A DNA stretch of 64,000 nucleotides. It comes from Hemiscyllium ocellatum. Lineage: Eukaryota. The notes under the pieces are model-generated. The model saw only the letters and a list, made by a program, of their open reading frames with translations, was not told the origin of the DNA and made no database searches. Positions within the stretch are counted from its first letter, which is position 1, and every line of letters begins with the position of its first letter. The position numbers and the translations under genes are program-made. Positions 1 to 14,200 of the stretch are shown here, in pieces. The stretch spans positions 39,370,001-39,434,000 of the forward strand of contig NC_083426.1 of the NCBI RefSeq assembly GCF_020745735.1, given 5' to 3'.

Positions 1-1459
1 TTTAGAGTAGCTGTAACGTTTGCTTATTTAAAATACATGCAACTCTCAACTGAGTTTGATTTTCAGGGATCTGGAAACTTTGTTTTGTTGGAGAGACAGT
101 GCCACATTGGAAATTGCTCAGCTAAGAAGAAAATAGTACCCCAAATGGCTCTTAGCAACACTGCATCAAGATCTATCCATTTCTGTGCAAAACAAACCAA
201 TCAGCTGCTTCAATCATTAGTTGAAGTATAATTGAATGATACACTTTTGGATTTGTCCTGAATATTCTTTTAGTAAATTTGGAAGATCACTGTTTTTGAG
301 AGTGATGTATGGCACAGAATACAAATAAAATCCTTTTGGTGAATAATTTTGTGTATTGTAATGACTTAGACCTTCAGTTTTGGAGTTATTGAAATTCAGT
401 ATGAACAATATAAGTTTGTTCAAAAGCTCTTTAAAAATCACAAGCTATTTTGCATTTATTTGAGGCATGTTGTAGAAGTACAACAAGTAAACATGCAGCA
501 CAAACCTTATACACACACACACCACCTTTTTAACATTAAACCCATCCAAGGCTCTTCAGAGGAGTGCATGAGAAGAAGTCACGTGAAATATGGAGAGAAT
601 CCTGGAGGGCAACCTACATCTGTTGGTAGTCAGTCCCATGTTGCAAGATTTGGAGAAATTGAATTATCAATATTGGAGTTCAAGCTTGAAAAGGTAATGA
701 GGCATGTGCCCTCATAATATTTAGAATGCCAGCCCCATCTCCTTGGAAAGTGCTTGTTAGCCACTCAATCATCATCCTGCCTCAGTTTAACCCTCTCTAA
801 CCTTTCCACTGAGTTTTATGAATCAGAATTCGGGTTTTCTTTTGATGTTTCAACCTCTTGTCTGACCTAAATAAAAATTTGAAATTTGTCCTACTATCTG
901 AGAAGAAGGACGCAACTTCATTAAAAGTCTATTTGAAGCTGTACCATACACTTCAACAACTACCTTTTTATATATAGGTCAGGAGTTGGAGGTTGAAGAG
1001 TAAATTTATTTGGAGAAAAATTTGTTTTTGCTTTAAGCATTGTTGCCTTGTATGGGCTTGCATTCAATATTGCTGATAATCATTTGCAGCAAAAGGATTT
1101 TTACGCGGGGAAGTTGCTCAATCTGGGAGTTACCTAAGTAAACTAACCTTTGTTAGCATTGTCACCCATCCCTTCCCTATTAAAAATACTGCATTTGTTT
1201 TAAAATTGCTACACAATGGAACTCAACCTGGAAATGAGAACAGACTAAATCTTAAACTTTGTTCTTAAACCACGTTCACCTTGTGGTTAATAATTACATT
1301 ATTGGGGGGAGAGGAGGAGGGTGTTTACTATTGGCACCTTGTTAAACCATGGAGGGGCAGGGGTACTGTCTCCACATGACCTAATTAAAAATCAAACCTG
1401 TTGGATTATAACCTGGTGTTCTGTTCACCCTTTGTCCAGCCCAGTCCCACACCTGCTCC

Positions 1460-1730
1460 ACCTGGTTAGCCGCGGGGTGGGTGGGGGGTGTGGGAAGAAG
1501 CTGGGCTCACCTTGTAGTTACGTGTTTCACCACGGGAGGGCACTGTCGGCAGTTTGTAGTGACACGATTTCGCCGTGGAGGGGCGCTGTCACAGACCGGA
1601 AGCTTTGTAGGGACCCGCCAAACGCAGCGGAAATTACGATAGTAAGGTTCGAATCAGCAGCGGGGAAAGGAGGGGGAGGGAAGAAAGCGAAGTTTCTACC
1701 CGGGCAGGGGGGAGTCGAGTGATACCCTGA
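1460..1730 (+). promoter_or_regulatory. CpG-rich FANCE promoter / probable non-coding first exon
   Basis: Local CpG enrichment in AT-rich, CpG-poor surroundings; ETS-like CCGGAAG (1596-1602), E2F-like CCCGCCAAA (1614-1622) and GCGGAAA (1627-1633); candidate donors at 1733/1739 (gtgagg) and 1794 (GAG|gtgagt). Confidence 0.65.
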
Positions 1731-2085
1731 GGGTGAGGGTGAGGGAGGGGGTGGGTGCAGTGGTAAACTATGTGTTTGGAGATTTAAGAAGAGGTGAGTG
1801 TGACAGTTGGATGGGGAGGAGGGACATGCAGGAAGTGAGAGCTGTGATAACAAGACAGGCTGGAGCAACAATAACAGACAGCAAAAAGGAGAGTGTGGCA
1901 CCATGGAAGGACAGTATTATTCCCAACTAAAGCACAAAGAGAAAGGAAAGTTCCAAACAGGCATGAGATAAATGTGAAAGTTGGACTGGAGGTGGGAGAT
2001 TGCTGGTGCTGCTTCAGATAGGAACTTAAGTGGGAGCTCGTTTTAAACCAGCACTAACTTTTAATTGCTATTCCTTACAAGGAGC

Positions 2086-2294
2086 ATGAGGGACTATAAA
2101 GCGCTGCTGGAACAGTTTGAGAAACCATTCCAAACTCTACTTCACACACTGACCATGGGCATATCAGGAGCTACCAATGCTTTTCATGTTCTGCAGCGTA
2201 TCCAATCAAAGCAGCCTCTCCATTGGAAAACTTTTACAGAGACATTGTGCCAGCTTGAGCCATTGTTGGAAGGAAAGGAGCAGAGCCTTTGTCT
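2086..2294 (+). CDS. FANCE: FANCE coding exon 1 (MRDYKALLEQFEKPFQ...GKEQSLCL)
   Basis: ATG at 2086, 4 nt after acceptor ccttacaag|; donor CT|gtaaga (phase 2); resembles the FANCE N-terminus (W..F.E.LC..EP...G). Confidence 0.9.
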
Positions 2295-5200
2295 GTAAGA
2301 GCCTTTAATTGTGAACATTTCTGATATTCTGCTATTTTCTCTAAATTGGTAATAAATCTAAATCCACCAAATTCATTTTACTCCATACTTTGACGTCTTT
2401 ATACAGATCACTGGACTAAAGTTCAGAATTGATGTAATCTAGGCTCATGCCAGCTGTGCTCACCTGATAACACTCAACTTTGCATTAGAAAGTTGTAGAT
2501 TCAAGTCCTCTTCCAGAACTTGAGAACCACAACTTGGTCTGAAAGTACAGTATTGAGGGTATGCTACATTGTTAGTAGTGCTGTCTTTTGGACTTTAATT
2601 GAGGTCCTGTCTGCTCTCACCAGTGGGTGTGAAAAAAAATTCTATGGTATTACTTTGGGGAGAACTCCCAAGTTTACTTCAGTGTCCTGGACAATATTTA
2701 TCCCACAGTCAACGTCCCAGAGACAGATTGTGATTGTTGTCACATTGCTGTCGGTGATTTGCTGTATACTGTACATGTAGGTTGCTGTGTTTCCGACAAC
2801 AGTGATTGCACTTTGGGAATGCATTGTAATGTCCAGTAGTTGTGGAATTATAAATGTGAGCCTTTTTAACATTTTCAACATTACTGTTAAATATGCAGAT
2901 TTTTCAGTGTGTCTTTGAATGAACGCTATATCTATTCCCTCAGTTGGTTGTGAAAGACTGTGACAGTGAAGAGTAGCGTCTTTTGAAATATTTATATTTT
3001 ATATATATTCCTCAACCAGGCACCACTAAAAACATTTATCGCACCTGCTTTGTGGCCATGATGTGCACAAATTCTGCATTGAGCCCGTGACTACAGTTTG
3101 ACTATAGCTTTTTCCTTAAGTACTTTGAGATGTTGTGACAATGTGAAAAGTAGCACATGTGCAAGCTATTCCCTAATTTCATGATTTGAGGGTCATAATT
3201 TTTGTCTTTATTCTTTTTCTGTACTTTTCTCTATCCCATTGACCCAACGGTGAAGAAACCAATAAATGCATCTTGTGACACCTGCTTATTCCTTGATTTG
3301 GAAACACTGTCCCTCCTGTCAAATTATTCCTTGTGATTTTCTATTTGCATTAACTTGTGAACAGGATTTAAGAATTCTGCAATAGAGTAAGTAAATGGGC
3401 AGAAATTTAGGATTTGGAGTAAATTGTGGGAAAGTGCAAGCTTGTCCCTTTTCACAGGAAGAATAGCAAAGTAGCGCATTATTTAAATAGAGAAAGATTG
3501 CAGAACTCTGATGTGCAGAGGGAAGGATGTTCTGGTACTTAATCGCAAAACATTAGCCTCCAGGTACAGCAAATAATTAGGAAGACAAATGGAGTTGGGA
3601 AGCAAGTTAATACATAGAATCTTTAAAGCAATCTCAGGATTGCTATCACTGCCACGTGCTACTCAGAGTAGAAATAGCAGGGTATCAGATTAACTTGTGG
3701 CTGGAGAAAGGGTATAATTGGTAGGATTTCAGATTCCTAGGAGTTTCAGTTCTGGTGAAGGTGGGACCAGGACAAGCTGGATGGTTTGCACCATCTCTGG
3801 AATGGAACTGATGTCCTAGGAGGGAGTATTAGCTATTGGGGGGAGGGTTTAAACTGAAATGGCAGGGGTTTGGAACCGCTACAGACAAATAGAAGAGAGG
3901 GAAACAAGGGTACAAGCGTCAGAAAGAATGGGAAATAAGAAACAAGATAAGCAGAGAATTCAAGGGCGAGACTCAAACAGTTAACAGAATGTTAAAAAGA
4001 CAAACCTTAAGATCTTATGAGTTCATCTGTAGACCATTCACAATGAAGTGGATGAATTAGCTGCAGAAATAAATATAGACAGATATGATATAGTTGGTAC
4101 TCTGGAGCCATGCATATGGGGTGATGAGGGATGGGGAATGAATATCCAGGGATAATCGGTTTTTAGGAAGGACAAAGAGGAAAAGGAGGTAGGATAACGT
4201 TGCTGGTGAAAGAGAACATTAACGCAATCCTGTGGAAGGATATTAGCTGCCGAGTCTCCCATCTTCTTTGCTCATTGTATTTGGTGTATAATCCGTATAT
4301 AAATAGAGTATTAAATATTATTTGGGATGTATAGTAATAATACACATGACCACTTATGTCCTCTGGTATGCCCAGTGCAACTGCAAAACTGTGTTGCTCA
4401 GGCAATAAATCACGGAAACAAATTGAAGGATTTTGTGGTCACAATAATGTAACTCTCAGCTGTCTTCTAAACAATGTATTCTGCACTCTGTTCTATTACC
4501 CTGATGCCTTTTGTATGGTACATATCTCAGTACATGTGACAACAATAAATCAAACTCATTGTTTTATTGTTTGTTCTTTTTTAGAAAACCCTTGTTTTAT
4601 CTTTTGCCAGCGATGGTCAGAAGAAATCTTCTATCATTTCTTCATCTGGGGAATGCTGTTATACCTAAAGATTGTCTGTATCATCTCATTGTCCAGTTGA
4701 GGCAAAACTCACATACTGATCTGTGGACGCAGAAATTACTTGATATTCTAGAGCAGGATGTAGAGGGTGGAATACGACATTTGGAGGGATCTGTTTCACA
4801 AACGCAGCAATTAAAATCTCTCTGCCAAAAATTAGTGGGATTTTCTGAAGACCGCTCAGATTCTGAAAAAAGATTAGGGTGGTACTTCAGCGAACAGAAG
4901 AATGAATCCTCTGCAGGTACAGAAGATAAGCTGGTGTTAACACAGAACCCTAAAAAACGGAAAAACTCCATGGAAGATGTGTTTCACTTGGATGATGGTG
5001 AGCGAAATACAATGAAGAAAATCAAATTGTCGGAGGACATTTCCTGTTTGGAGCCCTGTAATGGCACCGAGAAGCAAGATATCACCACAAGGCCTGGGAC
5101 CTTATCTCTGGAAAGTGTGCAAGTTGTCTGTCCACAGGCACAAAGCCGGTTGGATATCAGTGAGGTGGAACAGAACTCACCTCCAAGCACACACACGAGT

Positions 5201-8200
5201 CTTAATTTGCCAGAACATGTTAAGGTACAGATCAGCTTCATTCAAATCTATGTTTGACAGAGCATGTTCAATATGGGTTTTTCACAGAGTTTGATCATCT
5301 TTTGTTATGCTTGTTATCTTCCAATGCCTTTTAAGATTGGTTTCTTTAATTAACTCAGATTATTTGCATTTTGAAAAGTCTTTTTTTAAGGCATATCTGC
5401 ATAGGCTTGGAAATGGTTTGTAATGTGTGGACGAACCCGTGTTATCACTTTGATGTACATAATAGAAAGGAAGGCCAGGTGAGCAAGACGGGAGGGAGAT
5501 CAAGAGGATGGAGGAGTAATCCCAAAGCTCCATCCTATACATCCACTTCCTGAGCTTTGTGCTATCAGCTGATATAATGACAAAACTCTCAACTGAACCA
5601 GAATATTTTACATCCAAGCAGCAGTTGAGGACATTTAGGCTGAAATTCACAGCAGTACTGAGGGAATACTGCAGTATCAGAGGTGTCTTTTGAGTGAGAT
5701 GGTTAACTAAGACCCAATCTCCTCATAGTTTCTTCAGTCCTGTATCTAACTGACAGCGCCATGTTACCACCATGGGTAAGACAAGAGACCGGTTCCAAAT
5801 CCATTTCTTAGAATCAGCATGGAAACAGACCCTTCAGCCCAACATGTCCACACCAAACCTCTGAAGAGTAACCAACCCAGACCTATTCCTCTACCCTATA
5901 TTTCCCCTGACAAATCACATAACCTACACATCCCTGAACAGTATGGGCAATTTAGCATGGCCAGTTCACCTAAGCTGCAATCTTTGGATTGTGGGAGGAA
6001 ACCTATGCAAACATGGGGAGCACATCCAAACTCGCTGAGGCTGGAGTCGAGCCCAGGTCCCTGGCACAGTGAGGCAGCAATGCTAACCACTGAGCCAGCA
6101 TGACGCTCTTCTAATTTTTGTTCTGCCTTCAGTCCCTGATATACTTAGTGTTCTGATGAATGAGGTTTTCCTCCAATCATAAATTCAGGGGATGCACAAC
6201 ATGGAAACAAACCCTTTGCTCCAACTCGTCCATGCCGACCAGGTATCCTAAATCCTAGTCCCATTTGCCATCATTTGGCCCCTATTCCTCTAAACCTTTC
6301 CTATTCATATACCCATCCAGATGCCTTTTAAATGTTGTGATTGTACCAGCCTCCACCACTTCCTCTGGCAGCTCATTCCATATGGCAAGGCGAAAGTTGG
6401 TGCTGCAGATCAGAGTCAAGATTAGAGTGGTGCTGGAAAAGCACAGCAGCTCAGGCAGCATCCAAGGAGCAGGAAAATCGAAATTTTGGGCAAAAGCCCT
6501 TTATCAGGAAATCCATTCCATCCACACACCACCCTCCATGCAAAAAAGGCTGCCTGTTAGGTCCCTTTTAAATCTTTCCCCTTTCACATTAAACCTATGC
6601 TGTCTCGTTTTGGACTCCCATACCCTGGGCAAACACCTTGACTATTCATCCTATCTATGCCCCTCATGATTTTATGAACTTTCAGAAGATCACCCCTCAG
6701 CCTCTGATGCCCTTGGGGAAATCAGCCCCAGCCTATTCAGCCTCTCCCTATAGCTCAAACCCTCCAACCATAGCAACATCTTTGTAATCTTTTCTGAACT
6801 CTTTCAAGTTACACAACATCCTTTCTGTGATAGGGAGACCAGAACTGAATGCAGTATTCCAAAAGTGACCTGACCAATGTCCTGTACAGCTGCACCATAT
6901 CCTCCAACTCCTGTACTCAATACTCTGACCAATAAAGGAAAGCATACCAAACAGCACCTTCACTATCCTGTCCATCTGCAATTCCACTTTCAAGGAACTA
7001 TGAACCTGCACTCCAAGGTCTCTTTGTTCAGCAAAACTCCCCAGGACCTTACCATTAAGTGTGTGAGTCTTGCCCTGATTTGCCTTTCGTAAGATGCTCA
7101 ACTACTTTTCTGACTTGTCCCAAAATATTCACTCTCCTGAACAGGCCTAAAGCTTACTTTTACTTGGCTCTTGTTTTGTTGAGGCAAATTGTTGGTTAAG
7201 TCTGAATGTTTACTCAGGCTGCCTACTGTTTCAGTGTTTAGCCTGTCACTCACTCCAGCAACATTTTCTGCCCTTCACAGTACTTTTCCTGTACCTTCTG
7301 GATTCCTGGTCCAGCTCCAGCTCCCATCCCAGCAATCTTCAGGCTTCTTGCAGGGCATTACAATGTTATTTCCCCTTCTGAAAAATACCTTCCTGTTTGC
7401 ACTGTTTGGCTCCTGGACAAGATTACAGAAGTTACAGTGCATTCTGTCTGGGGACCAGTAACTTGACAAGTTTTTGGGTTCTCAAACTTTGTCTGAGAGT
7501 ATAAAACCACAAGTTTCCATGATTTTGAACAAACAAAAATAAGCTTCACTGTGTAGAATTAGTCATCGAGTCATACAGAAACAGACTCCTTAGCCCAGAT
7601 CATCCAAGTTGACTTTGGTTTCTAATGTGAACTAGACCCATTTGTCTGTGTTTGGCCCATATCCCTCTATCTTTCCTACCAATGTATCTGTCCAAATGTC
7701 TTTTAAATGTTGTAATTGTACTCGCCTCTGCCACTTCCTCTGGCAGGCAAAAGTGACGACCACATGCTGGAGATTAGAGTCGATAATGTGGTGCTGGAAA
7801 AGCACAGCAGGTCAGGCAGCATCCTTTCCCCCAACTCTACACCCCTCCCATTTATCTCACCATTCCCTCGGCTCATAGCCTCATTCCTGATGAAGGGATT
7901 TTGCCCGAAACATCAATTCTCCTGCTCAGATGCAGCCTGACCTGCTGTGCTTTTCCAGCACCACACCGTCAACTTCCTCTGGCAGCTCATTCCAGATGTG
8001 CACCACCATCTACATGAAAAACCTGCCCCTCGGGTCTCTTTTAAATCTATGTCCCTCATGACTCTATAAACCTCTATAAGGTCACAAATAGTGAAGAGTC
8101 CACATTACAGAAGAGGTGGTGTGACAGAGGAAAAGACTCAGCCTGTCCAGCTGCTCTTTATAGTTCAACCAGCCCCCAGTCTTGTTAATATCTTTGTAAA

Positions 8201-11200
8201 TCTTTTTTGCACCTATTGCATTTTAATAACATTCTTCTTACTGTCTCATAACCAGAATTGTACACAGTACTCCAAATGTGGTCTTACCAATGTCTTCTTT
8301 CGACGTAAAATGACATCCCAAATCCTGTATTCAGTGCTCTGACCGATTAAGGCAAGGGTGCCAAATGCCGCCTTCCCCACCCTGCCTTCCTGTGGCGCCA
8401 CTTTCAAGTAACTGTGTACCTGCATCCTTGTTTGAGAACAGGGCCCAGCATTAACTGTGTAAGTTCTGCCTTGGTTTATCTTCACAACACACAACACCTC
8501 TCATTAATCTAAATTAAACTCGATCTGCCATTCCTTGGCCAACTGTCCCAGTTGATCAAGATCCCATTGTAAGCTTCTTCACTGTCCACTGTACCACCAA
8601 TTTTAGTGTCATCTGCAAACTTACTAACCATGCCTGCTATATTCTCCTCCAAATTGTTCATATAAATGACAAACAACAGTGGACCCAGCACCAATCCTTG
8701 CAGCACAATGCTTGTCACAAGCCTTCTAACACCTCACTGTGGTGTTGATGATACAAATATAGTTGCTTAGGGGTATTGCAAATTCTTCCCTAGCTTTCCA
8801 CAATGTCCTGGGATACACTTGACCAGGTCCCAGGGATGTATCTACCTTTAGTGTTTTAAGACTTCCAACACTTCCTCTACTGAAATGTGGACTCTTTTCA
8901 AGACATTGCTATTCATTTCCCCTAAGTTTCCAGCTTTCATGTGTTTTTCCGCAGTAAATACTGACAGAAAATATTCTTTTAGGATTTCATCCGGCTCATG
9001 TGGTTCCACATAGATGGCCTTGTTTTTTAAGGGCCGTATTCTCCTGCTAGTTACTCTTTTGTCCTTAATACAGAACGACCTCAATTATCCAAACGAGATG
9101 GGTGGGAGAGTCATTTTGTTCGGATTACTGATTGTTTGGATAACTGATCTGATCATAAACAATGGAAGTGTAAAGGAATCCCATGACACACACCCTCAGC
9201 CAGCAGCGCTGACACGTGTTACAACAGTCAACTTGATCAAATCGAAAGACACTCTGGGACGAAGTGGGGTTGTCTTTTCTGTAGTTTTATGTGGGTTCTC
9301 AAATGTGTGCCTGGGTTTCTGTCAGTGTTTCTGCTTAGAGCTGCGCTGTTTCATTCGGGTCATTGGGTGAGGTACTCAGGTCTAGACTGATTGTCCAAAA
9401 TAATCAAACCCAAACCTCGGACTGTAGTTAAAGTACAGGGGAAGTAAAAGCTGCATGTAAGTCTGTAAATGTACTTCCTGAAACTTTCTGCTTTGTATGA
9501 CAGGGAGAGAATAAGACAGAAAGAAGGAGGCAATGTGTGTGTGAGAGAGAGAGAATGAGACAGAAGGGCAGTGAGGAAAGAATGGTAGAAAGGAAAGTAA
9601 GAAAATAAATGGCAGAGGCAGAGCAGGAGAGAAGTTGGAGTTTCTGTAAGTAGTGACAGAGTCTGGTTTCCAATCTCAAACTTTGGGATCTTGAGATCTT
9701 GTTCGGATAATCTGAAATTCAGATAACCGAGATTGTTCTGTATACTTGTAGAATTTCTTTGGATTATTCTTAACCTTATCTGCCAGAGCTGTCTCATGTC
9801 CCAGGGATGCACAACTGTCCTATGAGGAAATATTTGTTCAATTAGGCCTGTATTCACGAGAGGGAGAATCTAGTTGAAATGTAAAACATTCTAACGAGTG
9901 AACAGACTGCATTCCAGAAAACAGTCTTAGGATATGGGGTGAGCCATTTAGGACTGAGATAAGGAAAACTCTTCACTCAAAGGGTAATGAACCTGTGGAA
10001 TTATCTGTCACAGAAGGCTGTGGAGGCCAAGCCACATTGATGAAAGAAAGCTAGATAAAATTTTAGATGTTGAAGGCATCAAGGAGTATAGGGAGAAAGT
10101 GAGAATATGATGTTGATGTAGAGAATTAGCCATGATTGCACCAAATTTGGGAGCAGTTTGGAAGGGCCTATTCCTTCTCGTAGTTTCTAATTGTAAAATA
10201 ACAAATTTTAACAGATTAGACCACCCCTAGTGGGGCACTGCAACAGAAACCAGATCAAACGGTTAACAGAAACTTATAGACATATGCTGACCATTCATGC
10301 TAATAACTGTTTCTGGGGTCTGTTCCAAATAACTCCCTCTTTCTCAATCTGGAAAAGTCAATCCCTCATCTTTCTCTAAAACAGATGTGGGTAGCCCTGA
10401 CAAAATTTATTTATGGCCCATCATTGTCTCCCACTAAGTTTTGCCTTCAATTTCAATATTCTTAGCTTCCAAACCCAATGGGATAGCCATTTCCACTCAT
10501 TTACAAGTGGCATTTAACTGCCCATTAAAACATCTTCTAAAACTGCTCTCCATTTGCAGTCTAATCTTCATCTGTTTCCATTGTAATTTAAGAATCAAGA
10601 ACAAGCTCAGACTCTTCCTGTCATTGTCTTTTATATGCATTGAGAATTTCTAAGAACGTGAAGAATGATTTATAAATACAGATTTTTTAATTTATTGATT
10701 TCAGTATTTAATAAGCTCTGAACTACTTAGCATATTTTAAAAGGCATGATAAATATATAAGTTTGTTCTATATTAAAAAGTTTACATTCACAGTTATGAA
10801 GTAGTGACACTGATGACATGTTCACTGGTCCTTTATCTACAGATTGTCTACAAGCGGAATATGCGTTGCTACTTAACAACAGTTTGTGTTTATAAATATA
10901 TTGACACCTCTGAAGTTGCCTGATCCCAAACAAATTTCATACTAGCTGCTTATTTGTACCTACCCCATTCAACCCCAGGCTGCAATCCACTCGCTGCTAT
11001 TAATGGTCTCCAGTCAACCTCTCTGTAATCTCGACATACAGCATTAGAAGTAATGATAATCAATTTGTGGTGCTCTTTGTTGTCAAAGCCACATGTTCAG
11101 CTCCTTTGCCTCATACATTGTCACCTCTCACTTCTCTTGATGCTTCTGCTCAGTAACCCTCCACGTTATTCGCTCAAAAACTATTCTGTTGAAACTCAAC

Positions 11201-14200
11201 AGTCAAAAACCGTAACCTGTGGAAATGTCACAGAATTAGTAAAAGTAGGAAACTCCGGTAGAAGTAGAATACTGTAGATGCTGGAAATGTGAAATAGAAG
11301 CAGAAAGCATTGGAAAAACTCAGTAGGTCTGGCAACATCTGTGAACAGGAAACTGCAGTTCCGAAAAGTCGTTAGATTCAAATGTAAACTCTGTTTTCTC
11401 TCCACAGAGCCTGTAAGTGCAGGTTCATAGTTCCTTGAAAGTGGAGTCGCAGGCTGATAGGATAGTGAAGAAGGCGTTTGGTATGCTTTCCCTTATTGGT
11501 CAGAGTATTGAGTACTGGAGTCGGCATTCTTTGCAGAATTCCTTGACAGGTTTGCAGGAGTCTCAATTCGCAAAGAGCAATAAACCTTGTCCCAGGTTTA
11601 CCTTTTGTCTTTTCAGAGTGATAAAGCATATAAAGCAATCACTGATATTAAACATAAACCTTCCCCAACCTGGCCCTAAGTAAAATAATTAGCATTGACC
11701 TTCACAATCGGTGATCAGAAGGATAGTTTTAAGTGGCGAGAAAGATTTGGATTGTTGCAATAACAATTAAACTTTGATTCTTCCATGTAAACAAGTTATA
11801 ACCGTATTGATACTTCACCCTTCTTAAATTAATAACACTGTGATGCCTTATTGCATTGAATTTATTCGATAATGTTCTGCTATCGTTTTTCCTCCAGAAG
11901 CAACTAACATTGCTAAATAATGTATTTATTAACTGCACTCAAAGGAGATTAACTCGTAATCATAAACTGAAAACATTAAACCATTATGTAAATGTAAGAT
12001 ACATAATCATATGTAAAAAAGTGAGTAGTAATATTGAGGGAAAAGAGACTGGGAAACAGTAAAATCAAATAAAGCCCATTTAAAGCCATGGGCGGTTGTT
12101 AGATGAATATTTATTGGAACAAGCCATTTGATTACATGTTTAAGTTTCTAAACCTGTCATTCATATACAAACTGTTTTTCTTTAAGGCTTGTATACCCAG
12201 CCTGAGGGATCTGTTTGGGGCTGAATCAGATGTAAGTGTTTTTTAAATTTTTTATGTCTACTTAAAACAATATCTCCTCTAGGTTTATACTCAAAATGTA
12301 GAAATAAATTTTCAATAGTCTTCTGATTTATTGGAAATTTGCAGCAGTGCTTTTACTTAATGGTCTGAGAAGTGGCAGATGGAGTTTAATTCAGATAAAT
12401 GCGAGGTGCTGCATTTTGGGAAAGCAAATCTTAGCAGGGCTTATACACTTAATGGTAAGGTCCTAGGGAGTGTTGCTGAACAAAGATACCTTGGAGTGCA
12501 GGTTCATAGTTCCTTGAAAGTGGGGTCGCAGGGTGATAGGATAGTGAAGAAGGCTGAGTACAGGAGTTGGGAGGTCATGTTGCGGCTATACAGGCCACTG
12601 TTGGAGTATGGCGTACAATTCTGATCTCCGTCCTATCGGAAAGATGTGAAACTTGAAATGGTTCAGAAAAGATTTACAAGGATGTTGCCAGGGTTGGAGG
12701 ATTTGAGCTACTGGGAAAGGTTGAACAGGCTGGAGCTGTTTTCCCTGGAGTGTCGGAGGCTGAGAGGTGACCTTATAGAGGTTTACAAAGTTATGAGGGG
12801 AATGGATAGGATAAATAGACAAAGTATTTTCCCTGGGATGAGGGAGTCCCCAACTAGAGGGCATAGGTTTACGGTTAGAGGGGAAAGATATAAAAGAGAC
12901 CTGCGGGGCAACATTTTCACGCAGAGGGTGGTACGTGTATGGAATGAGCTGCCAGAGGAAGTGGTGGAGGCTGGTATAGTTGCAACATTTGAGGTATTTG
13001 GATGGGTATATGAATAGGAAGGGTTTGGAGGGATATGGGCCAGGTGCTGGCAGGTGGGAATAGATTGGTTAGGGATATCTGGTTGGCATGGACGGGTTGG
13101 ACCGAAGGGTCTATTTCTATGAATCTATGACTATATCAAATTATTACTTGATGGAAGATAACCCTTACTAATTTAATTATTTGTATAATTTATATTCGGA
13201 CAAAATTTATTCCTAACTGTTGCCATCCAACAACAGCAGTGAATGATGTAATCACATCAAATTAGTGAGCTGAGAATGCTACTGTTTATGCCAGGGACCA
13301 AAATAATTGAGAAGAATATTTAAGGCAAATTATGGCAAAATAGCTACAAATTCTCTCTCCGTTTAATAACAGAGAGAAAACCACTATCGTCTTTTCATTT
13401 ATGTATGAGGACGTCGCTGGCTAGGCAGCATTTATTACCCATCCCTAATTGCCCAGAGGGTAGTTCAGAGTTAACTACATATATTATATATTGGCCACAC
13501 CAAGCAAAGTTGGCAGTTTCCTTCTGTCAAGGACATTAATGAACCAATGGATTTTTCTGATTATCAATTCATGGTCATCATTAGACTTTTAATTCCAGAT
13601 TTTTAATATTGAATTCAAATTCTACCAACTGCTGTGGTGGGATTTGAACCCAGACTCCAGAACATTATCACGGGATTAATAGTCAAGCGATAATATCACG
13701 AGGCCATCACCTCCCTCATCAGGCCCATGAGAAACATAATAATGTCAATGACATCGATGATGTGATTTAGGGACTGTAATCACATGAAGTGTTGTGTTTG
13801 TGGACAGGTAAGTGTTGAAGATTACAACAGATTGTTAGTCAGGTTCAGAACTAGATAGGGCCTTGTCCTTCCCTGCTGTCATTTGCTTTCTTTATCTGGC
13901 AAGGTTCTGTTGTGATTGATCCTGAACACTGAATTCTGGGATCATCTTAATTACAGCCCAGCTGCAGTTTTATTTCTGAAATCAAATCTATTATCTTATT
14001 CTTCTCTTTACAGAAGTTGGAAACATCTGAAGAACTAAATATCTTTAATGAATGTGATCCAAGCCAGGTAGGACCAGAGTTTTTTTTTCCCCTCTTAAAA
14101 GTAAGAGCCTGTTTGCAGTTAACTGAACTTCACATGATCTTTGTTAAGGTGGTGACACATTCTGCCAAATCTCCCTGGCCTGGACCTTCTCTTTGAAGCA

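Noticed and set aside
460-717. 85-aa ORF with exon-like boundaries (cttcag|...GAAAAG|gtaatg)
   Set aside because: No recognisable protein similarity and no partner exon in the window; cannot be supported.
1321-1930. Overlapping ORFs of 133, 125 and 65 aa
   Set aside because: By-products of GC-rich promoter sequence with low-complexity translations.
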